A stretch of 64,000 nt of DNA from assembly GCA_002633005.1 (NCBI GenBank), contig NMRA01000260.1, positions 475,649 through 539,648 on the forward strand. Reading direction: 5' to 3'. Positions 25,231-39,300 of this stretch are shown in pieces; within the stretch, counting starts at the first letter, position 1, and every line of letters begins with the position of its first letter. The position numbers and the translations under genes were made by a program. The notes below the pieces were generated by a model. That model did not search any database. It saw only the letters and a list, made by a program, of their open reading frames with translations, and was not told the DNA's origin. The DNA is from Phoronis australis (Eukaryota; Animalia; Phoronida).

Positions 25231-26799
25231 TCGCGTGGTCCTATCTTACCAAACTCACTGACTAATCTCTTGATCACCGACGTTCGTAAAATGGTCGGAA
25301 AGAACTAAATGACGACTTGCACGGAAGTTTCACGGAAAGCGATGAAAGTGACATCGAGTGAAGGAATATGTATGCAGCGATATAAACGCCTAATGATTGC
25401 CCATAGTTCTGCCATCATTTCCTGCTTTTTTCATTGAGATATTTAAAATATTTGTTGAAATTCGGTTTATTAAGAAGCTGGTAATGTGAACATTGAAAGT
25501 TGCACATTTAGTGTTTTCATTTTGGCTTATGTACACTTTCAGTGTAGTTTTGATTGTAAGTTACCGTATCATACAAATGACATGCAATAGATTATAAAGA
25601 AAGTTATTTCATCGAAATGCTTAACCCTTAAACTATCTGTTTTGACACTTGATTAGTTCAAACACAGGTACAACAAAGTGAGATATCGTCAAATAACGAA
25701 AAATCGGTAAATGCGGCTCTAGTTTGCATAAATTGCACGTGAGACACTTGTTCGGCTTGTTAAATTTGTTCGGTTTTGATACATATTTTTCTGTGTAAAA
25801 ACGCAGCTTAGAATTTGAAGTCCAGGGGATGCACCGGGGAGCACACATTTCGACTCAACTAAAATGAATGTACTGTCATCAAATTACATTTTAGTAGATT
25901 AGTGTCAAAATTGTAAAAAAAATCAAACTACCTGAAAATGCAAGATATTTGTGCTTGAGTTACGACTAAAAACTCGACTCAACATTTTAACTAGTGCACA
26001 AGTACACGTACATTCCATGAATAAGCAATTAGCTGTTAGGTGCAGTAACGTGACGTCACATCAAACTCCAACAAAGATTCAACAAAAACGTTGTTTTGAC
26101 GCTAATGCGTTTCGACTCAACTGCCAAATACTTGTACATGTACATGTAATTATCGCAAGATATTTATCTTACGTTTTGGACGCAGAGACTGACAAAGTTC
26201 AGTTGAAGAATATGCAGTTCATGTTGAAAACCACACCGTTGTACAAGTAAGACGCACTGCAAGCAGGCAACGACTCCATTGATAACGTAGAAAAAAGTAA
26301 GTCTGTCATCTTGAACGGTAACAAACGTGAATTTGGTAAAAAACAAAAAGTTTTAACCATAACTCTGAGCACACCAAGGTCTTAAATTGCCTGGTGTAAT
26401 AAACAAATCGGAATGTTGACTTGCATTTGCCTACAGGTACGTCACATTGCCAAACTTCAATTCAATCAACTTCCTTCTGTTCTTTGTTTTGTATATCATG
26501 GTGACGCAATATGGCGCCAAGATATACTTCATGTTTTAGTGATTAATGTGTGTGGATAGCGAAATATATCTACCAAAACAAAAGTCCGCGCAATAACGAG
26601 TTTAAACTTCAGCAGACCGTTGCGTAGACAAAGAATATCAAAATGTCAACAGGTTCCAGGTTCAACCTCTTTCATCAGAGGAAAAGTTCCAGGGTGAACC
26701 CTAGTTGGTGATCATAGCCACAAATTCCACGTTTATTCCATGCAAGCGAAAAATCAGCGATTGCGCTTGACGCGTGTCAATGTCACTAATTAACTCCTG

Positions 26800-27304
26800 A
26801 GCGCACCCAGCCTAAAATACAAGGGGACTCAAATTCTTCGGTATGCGTACCTTTTACTTATAAAGAAATCAACGAAGACAAAAAAGTAACCCCGACAGGT
26901 TCTGGCCTACGAATTGTGCATCCGCGCAGGATTCTTTTGGATTTGTGGGCACTCGTCCCATTTGCTTGGACTTTTTGTTTCGTTAAGGCGGACCTTTTTG
27001 CCCAATTCGCCAAATTGGGTGGCTGGTTCGAGCCCCCTCCCCCCTCCCCCCTCCCGTGGGTGCACACATCGCCATTAAACCTGTGTTTTGAATCATGCGT
27101 TCATCCAGGGGGGCTCGGGGGGCTCGAACCAGCCCCCATTTGGCGAAGTGGACAAAAAGGTCCGTCTCAGAAAAACAAAAAGTCCAACAAAACGAGACAG
27201 AAGTCCACTAAACCCCATTTTTAGTCCTGCCGTTTTTTGTCAGCAAAAGTCCACATCGCTAGAAGTTCGAGCCCTCCATATTCAAAGGCTGGGTACGCGC
27301 ATGT
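26800..27304. repeat. Two inverted copies of a MITE (GCGCGCACCCAG-type TIR) just downstream of the receptor stop codon
   Basis: About 26800-27069 and 27094-27304 are reverse-complement homologues (GGACCTTTTTGCCCAATTCGCCAAAT vs ATTTGGCGAAGTGGACAAAAAGGTCC); a shorter relative is at about 36897-37021. Confidence 0.7.
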
Positions 27305-27326
27305 GAATGCGTGCACAATCATGCGC

Positions 27327-30300
27327 TCAAGGTCGTTTTAACAAAAGCGCCAAAGCTGCAACCACGCAGATTATCAAGTACATAATCAAAAACAGTCGAT
27401 CTAGCACCATGCCTACTTTACGCCAATCGTCTTCCAAAGCGCTTTGCTCGTCCTCCGCTCGATGGCGTGCCAACATTGCGCCCTCGATGCTTTTCAATCG
27501 GTCGCCAATGACGCACAAAGGAGAATTGCCGCACACAACAGAGTCACCGGATTTCTTCTCATTCCAGCTCTGATTCCAGTTAGCGATGTCTTCTACTTGT
27601 GTTTCAGATTCTTTTCGGATTCCATTTAGTTGGGCACATTTGCCGTTTTCCTGAGAAAACAAACATGGTCCGTTTCATCAATTGTGGTACGCCCGAGTTT
27701 ACCTGTAGGTCCTAACAAGGAGGCAACGCTGTATTTTTACAATAACGGAATTGACCTATCGCAAGCTCCGCCCCCCTGCAAAAAGTTTACAAACAACAGG
27801 TTTTACCCGACAATGTGTTGTCTGTCTGGTAAAATGGCGACTCGGAAACGAAGGTGTATCAAGAAGGCTGCGTTGCGATTGGTCAGTTAATCACGTAAAA
27901 GAAGTGTGTGTCCGTAACTTCAAAGAATCAACCGTAAAGAACAACTGAGCTCTGGACATTTAATAAAACTGCGACCTGTCAGAAAATCGTAAGAGTAATG
28001 CCATGCCCGTGAGTCGCAAAGTCGCACAATAAATCCTTATATGTATTGCAGCGTCACTTGTTTTGTTTCATGTTTTTGGATTAAATATTTCGTTTTTGTT
28101 TTCCGCGTTCACATGCATATATACGGCTACACATTTCCTCGCCACTCTCTATCGTCCGTCCGTCCGGCGACAGCCGCTGTGTCTCCTTAACACGTTGAAA
28201 ATGTTTCTGAAATTCGGCAACGGGTTTCCTACAATCATGACCACATACACCGACGGAACCGTCTACCGTTTGGAATTTGCAATTTCGGCTTGAACGAATT
28301 AGCATTGTGTGGGACGTGAGCATTCATTGGGAATTTCGGGAGTGTAATTTTTGACAGACGATTTCCCGTATAGATAAAATGGAGAGGAATAACACGCTTT
28401 TGTGTATAGTGTCACATTTTGTATTCACGGTTCGTTATCGCGGTGTTCCGACAGGCCGTATCTGTCTACTATTTGTTAAATACAGTTGGATGGTTCAAGA
28501 ATGCTGTAAAAGGGAAATAGATTTTATAAATGATAGCATTTTCGAACGAATAGTCAACTTTGTAACATCCATTTTGTCCTTTGCTGCACAAGATTTGGAA
28601 AATGGAATATTTCTGCCTTACCTGGCAAGGACTGACTTCCGACTTTTTCTGTTCAATCCCGCTGCATTCCACGTCAAAGCAGAGAATTCGAGCCAAACCT
28701 TTCAGTATCAACACCTCGACCCATTTTGGCAGTGGCTTTCCACGGCCCCCACGGAAGTGGACGTGAATAACAAATGCTGATAACAGTGTCGTTACAGAGA
28801 GCATGGTCACGATCACGGCAAAGAACTCTCCTGTAAAGAAGATTTATTCCGTATGTGATTCTCCTGCACATGAAAAATCAGATTCAGGCTTCGGCATTAT
28901 GTTTTAAACGTAGTCCTGATAACAATTTTAACTTATTTTATTACTTAATCTCAGCAAATCTGCAGATGTTTCTGAAAATCGCGGATCCAGTGGCAGTGTC
29001 AAGCAATGAAAATAAACATATCAGACTGACCCACTGCCGCCTCACTTTCGTCTACAGCTTGACCTTTATTTTCACGTTGTGATAATGTTGCATGCGAATT
29101 TGGCAGAGAGTGATAATAGAATGCCTCTGTGATAAAAACAGCCGTGCAGCCTAGATAGTGAAGTTATGTGCCATGGGAGTGTCTGTTCCTTAATATGACA
29201 AGATCTGTTGAGCGTTGCACACGAAGGGTTTAGTTTAATCTCACTGTTTAGAGATGAGTGGGAACGTTGATATGGAATAACTTCTCTGGCAGAGGTTGTG
29301 GGTAGGGATAACATAAAAAAATTGTTGATTTGAAGCTTATTTGTAAGACACTGACGGTGCGTCTCGAAGTTGTCCAATCTAAACGTGCCTGTTGAAATCA
29401 CAGTATTTGATATGAGCCAATGGAAAGTAGCCTTAGACATAGCATTCCTCGCCAAAAATTTGTAAAATGCTTGATCCGCCAGGTGATGCTTACCGCCATG
29501 ACACACGCTCGCCTTAACCAATCATAACAACGCATAGGTAGGTCAAAGGTTACGAAGCTTGTACAAGTAAGTGGCATCAGCCTGAGGCCGAAGTCAGTCT
29601 TGTCTCTCAACCAATACTGGTCAAGATTAGTAATTGGAACTTATGGAAATTCACAACCCACCCTGTGGGAATGATTGGTGGATCAACGGGGTGACAGCTG
29701 TCTGCTGACAGAACCACAACCAATATGAACTGATGGCCGTTTGGCGCATCGGGCTGACAGTGCGCATACTAAATTGCTTTTTATTAATCCTCAGATGTTT
29801 GCCAATACATGTATATTGGGTGTGGAATCCATTACTACGTAAAATGAGGCGGCGGGCAGTGTTGTTATGAACTCTATTATAAGACGGTAACTAACAGACA
29901 TTTCCACCGTTCCCTGACCCACGCAACAAAATTTGACCCAGTTTAGTGATTATGTTCACTTTTTTACATACCCCATAGCCAGAACAACATTTAAATCATT
30001 AAACAAATCGCCGATATTTTCACCGGTAAATATTGTGAGTGCCAAAAATGAAACAACTTTTTGAAGACAACCGTTAAATCATCTACTTACAGCCGAGAAA
30101 GTGGAATTTGTGTAATTCCAACTTTTTTTCCTATGATCATCTCGTATGCGGGAATGGGCAAAACAACGATTCCTACCAATTGTCATCAAATCTCTCTTCA
30201 ACAGAATGCATATTCCATTGCAAGAAAGCCAACCAATCAGTAACATTTCTCGTTTCGCCACTATTCGTGCATCCATTTTTTGGAAGAGAAGTGGAAATTT

Positions 30301-33300
30301 TTTCGAAAAAGCAATTGGGCAGCAATCTCTGAATACTCCTGGTCGCCGCTTAGGCTGTCTGCAAAATCGGTGGCAAAACGACTTCTACCAAAATCTTGAC
30401 TTAAACCTGAGTCTTGTGCTCAAATACTGACTTCAGGATAATCGTTAACATACGCCTGAACGGGGCAACTTTAAAACTTTAAGAAACGAGGAAAAAATTA
30501 AGCAATGACACTAATATTTGGCAATAACAAGTCTTATCATACACTCTCTGTGGCCATTGTGCTATCGGCAATTTGTGAAGTTATCTCCCATGACTATTAA
30601 GTGCTGATAAATTTTGTTCCTGTGTATTTCTTATGGCGGTCTGCTGGAATGATTTGTACAGGTTACAAAATTCTGACGATGAGCATAGCCTCCTGTCTCA
30701 GGCCTTACATGTACGTCAAGTGAACGAAGTATTGGACTTTCGAATTCATTCTTTGGATGACAATTCCGCAGCGACTGGGCAATGATTCTCATTCTAGACC
30801 GTGTCCTGCTTTTCACTCAATTCAGCAAAGCCGGAAACAACATTTGGATTGGCCCATACTTTTCCCACTGATTCCTGCACGCGCTTTACACCAAAGTCCG
30901 AACAAGGGCATGCGCACTGATGCTCACACACAAAATTTATTTCTTCGTGCCAATGAAACATCCTTGTACAGTGTCAATCCACCAGAAATGTCACTGTGAA
31001 AAAATGAAGTCCTCCTAAATGTCAGGGCAACTGACCTCTGTAGCTGAAAGTAATTGTGTGCACATTTTGTGCAGGCAGTTACATCGTTTTGAAAACATGT
31101 GAATACAATAATAAACACTCTTTTATATTCTTTGAAACTGCCCTTTTTCAGTGCCTGTCAGCCAAATACACACGACAAATTCTGATCAGTCAACACAGTT
31201 GGTCTCATAGTTTTTCATAAAGTTATTGCCTTTCCGTTGCCAAATAGAACATCGGAACAATAAGTGACTCAGGAAAATGCTTTTGATTCTATTGCGGTTG
31301 AACAACCTCAAAATTCCGTATTCAAAAATGCGCTTTTACGCATTGCCTGTGATCCCAACCTGCACACAGGCGGCAACGTTCAAAACCAAAAAGCGACTGA
31401 TTGCAAGTCCACTTAGACAGCTACACGGGTAACATAAGCAAAATAAATGTTATAAGAGCTTAACAAGACAGAGCTAGAGAATTACCCAACAATGGTATGG
31501 ACCTGGAGGTCGGTGGCATCTTATCAGCCATCAGTAACATTATGAAGGACAGCGCCACCAACATAGTGACGCAGAGACCAATCTTCTCGCCCTCGTTAGA
31601 AGGCAGTATGTATGCCAGCATACCAATGGCGGCAATCAGGCATGATGGAAGAACCTACAGAGGGAATACATGAATAGTACATTAAGATAAAACGTGTTGC
31701 ATGCAGCACGTTTGGCAATAACTGCTAAGCTCTGATTTACAGTTCCTTTACCGTAATTTTTGTTAAGAGTACTGGAAAAATGTTTCAAGCCAACTTTTCG
31801 CCATTTGTAAGTGAATGCAAGGTTGATCTCTTTCTATGGCTTACATAGAACAACTTATAAACCATATTCAAGCAGTCGCCATTTTAAAAGTGATCCTCTT
31901 TTCAGGTGTTAAAAACAATGCATTTGGCTCTTAAATACAACGCAAAACGTGATTTTTTTCGCGTACGTCGTTATACGTGTATCCATGTCTCAAATGCGTT
32001 GCCTTTAAACCATAAAGGAGGCTCACTACTAAAATGGCGGCAGCTTGAATAAGGTCTACACTGTGTAAATGACATATTAAAATGGAATTAGCAAAAATTC
32101 ATTTTCGAAGAAGTGGGTGTACCGCCCGAAGACCACCAAGAGCGAGGCCGTTCACTACTAGTATAAGGGGTCCCGCTTTTTGACCGCTTTGGAGCGGGCC
32201 CTACATTAATATAAGGGGCCTCGCGTTTTGACCTCCTTCAGACGTTGCCGAATATATAAATATGTGAATACCCGCTTTGGCCTCCTTCTGGTGGGCCGCC
32301 TGTATTGATATACATGTAGATATCCAGCTTTTGAAGATTGAAGGTTGATTTCTTTCCAATGTTATTTTAATAAGATTAATTTATTTAAAACGAACTTGTT
32401 TTAAGATTTTCGCACAGCACCAAGACAAAAAGGTTTAGTTTGTGTTTTTTCAATATCGAATCGGTGGTATTTTCTTTAGCTGTTCACTTCTTGAAAACAG
32501 ACCAACCGAAAAGAGCAGAAAATATCCTATTGCATACAGGTGTACGTTCCCTTGTGCAGTTGCTAGATAAAGGGAACAGAAAAGGCATACGACCACTGCT
32601 GAAATTGATGCAGGAGTGTTTTTTTTGTAGGCGGTGAGAGCAGGTCCTCTCAATGAACTGAATAAATTTCTTCTGCGCACTTTGAATTGTTGTACAGCAA
32701 TAGCTACATGTAAGACTTCATGAAATTAATTATTTGTAAGATTTTGCTTGTTCAAGCACAATAGAATTGTATTTAAGGAATTTGACAGCATTGGGCAGTA
32801 ATTGCTGTGAAATTTTATGACATCTTTATTCAAATTGGATGATAACAGAATCTTTAGATTTGAGTAAATGAAACAGTGTCAGACAACCGCTGCCTAGAAA
32901 TATTCTAAATTGATGCATCTTTTCATTACTCGACTATTGTTGACAATTGGCCAAATCAAAGAAAAGGAAGACATAACAACATCAGTTACGTAAATTCTGC
33001 TAGACTCACCAAGTTAAAACTAACATACAACGATCTTCTCTTTAAATACAGGGAGAACGTCAAATCCGGGAATTTCTCGTCCGTGTGGTTGTAACCGACA
33101 ACATTTCTCTCAACTGGAAATTTTTCAAGAATCCATTCGTTGTTTTCTGGAAAAAAATGACGACATGGTCTTTCAACTGTTGATGGAGTTCCATGAAATT
33201 TTCATTCAAGAACACATTCTTAGATAACCATAGATGAAGCCATTACACGATTAAACAATTTGTAACTGGGGTACAGAAATCAACCAAAGGGTAGAAAACT

Positions 33301-36300
33301 CCAAACATCCGAGTCAAGAATATGTACATGTAAGTATTCTGGAATCTCAACAGATTGCTATTGTAAAATGTGTTGCATAAACTTAAGTAGGAAAAGGAAA
33401 AAGATACCACTGACGCAATACATTTCTAACTTTGGTACTTAGCCTGCCTGCGTATTATAATGCAGTAACACTGGCTTGTTGTCAGTGTTCGACAGAACTC
33501 TGCCAGACCATTGAAATGGAGAGGAGGTACATGTATCCCGCATGGGCTTTGGAGTCACTCCCCAAATTGTTTAAGAAAAAAAAAAACACTTTGCGAAATG
33601 AGGGTAACCGCAGACGTAAAACTACGTGCTCATCAGTCTGCCTCTATTGAGCGACATATGAGTTGACAGCTCACGTCAAGGTGTGAAAATACATCAACAA
33701 TTGAAGTGAACTAATGGCGGGTTCATTCATTTCCCCTTGGCATGAGCTGTCAGCTCAACCGTGGTTCAATTAAGGGTGACACCTGAGCTCATAAACCTCC
33801 GTTTTAGAGGGGCCCTTAAAAAGACACGTGGGTTTTTGTTCCACACCCTCTGTGGTCGTGACGTTAACCTGTTGCTGAACAGCAGAAATTCACCTAAGAA
33901 TTGAAAAACCACATGACAGTTTTCCTTGTGAAGGGTTATAAACCTGAGGTAAGTTCCGTAGACCCAGCTCATTATGCCCTTGCAGTGACAAATCTTCCCA
34001 TAAAACGGAGACATTTAATTTGATCTCATAATTCACGAATTGTGTTCCATTCAAACTTCACCGACAAATCACTTCAATGTTCACCATTTTGCTAGTTTAC
34101 GAAAGTAAGCCCCCGAGCGAAAAAACCTTGCCCTTCAATCGCGTGATTTTGTGACGTGTTTTGTGATATGTTCACAAGATTCTCGAATCTACGAAACGCT
34201 GTACTTTTGCCAGTTTCTGCAACATTGTGAGGTATTGTTGCACTTTTAAGACTTGTTAAGAAATAAATTGTCTTTTTCGTAGTGGAATTGCAAACCAGTA
34301 GCTCTACCTAAAGGTAGGTTCTCTCCTTAAAATGCAAATCCGACACAAGTACTAGGTGGAAATGAATTCTCTTTTAATATTAATTCAGCTTTCTGTCCTT
34401 ATTCTACATATTTTACTGATTCTGACCCCTATTAATTTCAAGCCAAATCTGCTCCTGCATTGCTCGCTTCATATCGCCTCATATAAATACATGTATACCT
34501 CTGATGGCCTGGAGCCAACAAAGATTCGCCCCTGATTTTACATGTACTGTACAAGGAGCTTACCTTTGTAAACAGTTGTATCCCCAGTCTTTCCTACGGG
34601 GTGGATATCTAGTTGAGCCAAACTAAACACCCACGATCCGAACTTCATGTGACACACCTATTAACAAAATACGAATTCAAAAAGTTGCCGTGAACAAGCG
34701 AGGAGCATTCGTCACAGTGCATTGACATAGGCTGGGAGTAAAAAATTCAGTGGAAAAGCATTTCCTTTATCTACTAAAAATATGCTGAAATAAATAAAAC
34801 TATCGATCGTTTTTACTTTACTTCAAAGCGTGTATTATTTAATTACCTGTTTATCGAACGGGAAGTACGTGACATCTAGCGGACAGAAACTCGTCAGTGT
34901 GGTGGGAAATCTCCAGTACACGCGACCGTCGTGCATGACGACTATCAGAGAATCGTCATTCGAAAGCCTGAAATTACTGCCGACAGCACTATAGGGAAAA
35001 GAATAACAGTCTGCGTGAGAATTGAGACACATTAATATGCCCCACTTAAAAAGGCTAATAAGCCCGCCTTTTTTCAATAAGTTGAGTTTTGATTTAGACA
35101 TCTTGCCTCTATATATGAAATTGGTCTCAACTCCTTCTTTAATAATGCGGGAATTGATTTTGGTCTTGCAAAACTGTCATCTCGTTATTCCTCGAGACCA
35201 TGCTTATCGAACAAAGTGTCATCACGTGGCAAGTCTGCAACTTTCATAGTCACCTCTCAAGTAACAACCAACTGCCATCTTTTTAACTCAGAAATCAAAA
35301 CTATTTTGCATAAGAATAAGTTGCGGCCAGTTTCATGACGGGAAATGGTCTGAATGGTTTTTGTGATAACTGGGGGATTTGTAGACGGTTTAACGTCAAG
35401 AAAAGTTTAACTAGTAACAAAAAGGCATACCCAAAGTTTCGACAAATTCTTCCCCTTTGCGACCATACGTTTTACAGTGCACTTGCACTCGCTTGTACTA
35501 TGATTCATTTCCTTGTTATTCGAATAGACACACAGAGCGGTTTTCAAGAGAAATTTAATCCCTGACATCGTTTTTTTCAGGGAGTGGTTAGGACAATTTA
35601 ATTCAAAAATACGACTAGGGCATGGAATCCATTGTACAACTTTGCCTTTATATAGGTACACGACAACTGAAGACTATTATATCATACGAGCCTGTTTTTT
35701 TCATTTTTAACTAGTGTGATTTGAATCCCAATTCAGTTGTTTAGCGCAGATTGTTATCACCATTTCAACTGCATACAATGTCAGTCAAAAAGAAGCTACT
35801 GTCTTAGTCTAGTCTGCATCAATTGGCCAATCTCCAAAACCGTATTTATCATGCCCTTTAAAAATCTCACCTACTGGCATCGTTTTCAAGGTATACGCCA
35901 GACTACAATGCTCTAGAATACAAGTACCTACAAGTCTTGGAGCACACTGTGCGGAAATAGCACCATCTTCCGCCAAATTACCTAGTGCAATGCTGAAAGA
36001 CTATCGTGTTCCTTCTGTTTTAAGTCTCCATCTGCGTCAGGCTTACAATGTCAACGAAACATGATGAACGTTATCGTGCTTTTTTAGTTGAGTAAAACCA
36101 AATTCTTTCTTCGGAGGTTGGGGCGTTTTGAAGCGTCAATAACCGAACGTGCATTACAACATTGGGGAGGCATGATATCAAAACAATTATCAGTTGTTGA
36201 AAAATTATTAATAGATTAGGGGTAGTAGCATTTAGTTTCACATTCTTTGTGGATTTTACATCTGTGAAAAGAAAGTTACAAAATCGACTAGATAAGACGA

Positions 36301-39300
36301 ACCTGTTATAAAGAACAATATCGGGAAGCCAAACGTTTTTTGATGACAACTCCGTTCTGGTAACTCCTTGGTAGTCGGACACGTTCCACTTAAGAGAGGC
36401 GTCATACCAAGACTGGAAGAATGTTGAAGACTGATTAAGAAGCCCTTGATTTTCTGTCTCGAAAATAAAAGGGGACGAAAACTGATGTTTTTGTAAGAAC
36501 GTTGCAACAAAAACAACAATTTTTAAATTATCATGAAAACCTGAAAAATCTCTCTCAAAAGGTGGCAGAACCATCCGTGGACACGAAAGTCGAACAGCAC
36601 TATTGGGGTATTTAATTCTTCTTTGATTTTACAGAACGTACACGCGGGACAACAGCTTTACGGGTTGGGAAGACCGGGCTGGCTGCGACATATTGTGAAA
36701 AAACTTTGATATTGCGAAATCTAGTATAAAGTACTACGGAACCATCTTGTATGTGTAACTTATAAGGCAGAAACTTCAGCTTTATTTTGTGTACATCTGT
36801 CGGCCAATCACAGGTTGCAAGGTGCAACCAACGAACGACCTTACATAGCTGAGTAGATTTTTTTTCATTCCATACATTCACTTAAGGTGGGTTTTCAATG
36901 CGTGCACCAAAATTTGGTAAATGCACAATTCATAGCTCTGAACGTACCCCGTGAATTTTAGTAAAAGGTCCACATTCTCAAAACGTCGAGCCCCCCATTT
37001 TTTAGGCTGGGTGCGTGCATGTTTTCAGACCCAAAATGTGATAATAATCGAGGCGGAACAGAGTATGAAAGTATATGCCAAAATAGTTCATGTAAGTAGG
37101 CTGTTTAGACTTTCTATGATATGTCGATCAGTCAATAACCGTTTTGTTATCCAAAATAATTCTGAGATTTTGTAGAGAATGACTCCCAGATCGACAAAAT
37201 CTACAAAAGAACAATCAATTATATTTTAGAAAAGAAGCCAAAATTCGCTGTCGCACAACGAAAATACTGGAGCCGCCCCTGGAAAGGTACATGTAAATGT
37301 ATATTCATAGCAAAGCAACGGCATCCATGATACGACCAACTTTCGTTTCACAGAAATTTTCAAAATGGGATTTCAAGAATATAATTCGTTTTCGCAACTT
37401 GACTTTTCCATGAAAACAATAAAAGTGGTATTTTTATTTGTCACCCCAAAAACAATTCCAAACGACGGTTTGGAGAACCCTAAACCATAGTACTGTAAAG
37501 TTCCATATGGATGAAACCGTCCATTTCTTGAGATTTCATTTTCCATAGTTCAAGAAATTTATACATTTTTCTAGAGTTCTATTTATCCCCAAATCCGGTG
37601 ACGTACTGGTTGGGTAAATCTGTGGGTTGCGAGCAGGAAGACCTTTATTACAGTCTTAAAGGGTTAAAATGGCTATAAGAGAGAAGCATGCAGTCCCTGG
37701 GAGTGGTCATTGAGTCCAAATATTTACATGTACCGTTTGTGTTTTTGTACATTATAACTACACGATCTGTCCCAAATCACATAATATCAAACAGTACTGT
37801 CTAATTTCAACGATTTTACTATCAATAGTTGCACGATCTTTTGGGTGAAACCTTTAACAACTCGACTAGATAACTCAAGTTTACGGTATTGAGTGGTGCT
37901 GTTGAAACAACTATGGGTAAACTTTAATTAAACCTTGACCTTGATGCACGTATGTAGGAGGGCTTTATGTAAACCGCCGTGATAAAGAATTATAACATAA
38001 GGTTCCACTCCAAAACTTGGGGATAATTAGTTACTCACAAATCTAATCCATGCTTTCACTATGAGCGTTTGGGTATTTTGTCTCTGAAATAAAAAGAGCC
38101 AATTAAATTACAAACAGCAAAACATTTTGAAACTATCACCAAAATTGGACATCCGGCACTGGTAGATCGTGACGGCACTGTCATAATTTACTATATCGGC
38201 GTATGCCGCGCCTGGGTCAGCCGGGTCAGGCAACGTTCCCCATTGCTTACGAGTAACAATTTCGGGCTCACAAATCAATCAGATGACTTAGCCTTTTGAC
38301 CCGCTGTTAGTTAATTAAGTGCAAACATGACTGGCTGCACCAAGTTGACTTTGTACAGTAGGTCCCGTGGAGACAACCGGTTAATTGGTTTAAAAGATGG
38401 AGGTCGTACTCAAGAACAAACCAGATAACTTTGCGGGTTGACCTGGTGGAACCTACGACTAAAGTCAATCAAGTATACCCAATGTTGTGGTACCGTAGTC
38501 GTAAAATTTAATAGTCATATGTATGACCATAACATTATTCTCACTGGCAAATTAATCATTTTAAAATACGTCAATCCAAAAATAATAACTTCGTCTTTGG
38601 TTTTGATGGCATTCAAAATAGCTGGGCAACATAGAGAACAACCAATTTACTGCCAGAAACGAACGTCTTGTATGTGAACGACGGCTACAAACTTTGCATC
38701 ATAGGGAGACACGTGTAAAAAACTGCAGTCGTTAATACGCGACACATAGCGCAGAAAGTTGCAAAAGCTGCCCCTAAGTTTAATCGAGACATGCTTTCTT
38801 CTCTTCTATAGAAACAGGATGTGACACGGAAACTACTATGCTAACGGTTTTGAAAGAGGAACCAGCGTCCACTCTAGTGTCAGCTGCGTGACGCTAACTA
38901 TGGTTGGTGTTTCGATGCCAGTACAAACGGTCGCGTCGGATCCGCAAGAAACCTAAATGCTCTGTCAAAACACTACTGACATATTAAACAAATTTGTTTA
39001 CTTTATTGCACAACACAATTCAATGTTTTAGTACAGGCTAGTTAGAGAAAGGTCTAGAGTTCAAGGCGGATTTGGGGGGCAAGGGGCCATGGCCCCCCTA
39101 AAATTCTTTCAGGTACCATTTGGCAGTACGGGCTGCGCAATGCTGACTAGCACATGCGCGCACCCAGGGGGCTCGGTTGGCGAATGCACAGTGCATAACA
39201 CTTGAACAAACCCCGTTTACCGTTTTTTTAGTAATAAGGTCCACAAACCCAAACATTTGAGACCCTACATCGAGTCCCTCATATTTTGGTCTGGGCTCGG

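Noticed and set aside
26648-26682. CTGATGA plus short stem on - resembling a third hammerhead
   Set aside because: GAAA core and cleavage site not intact.
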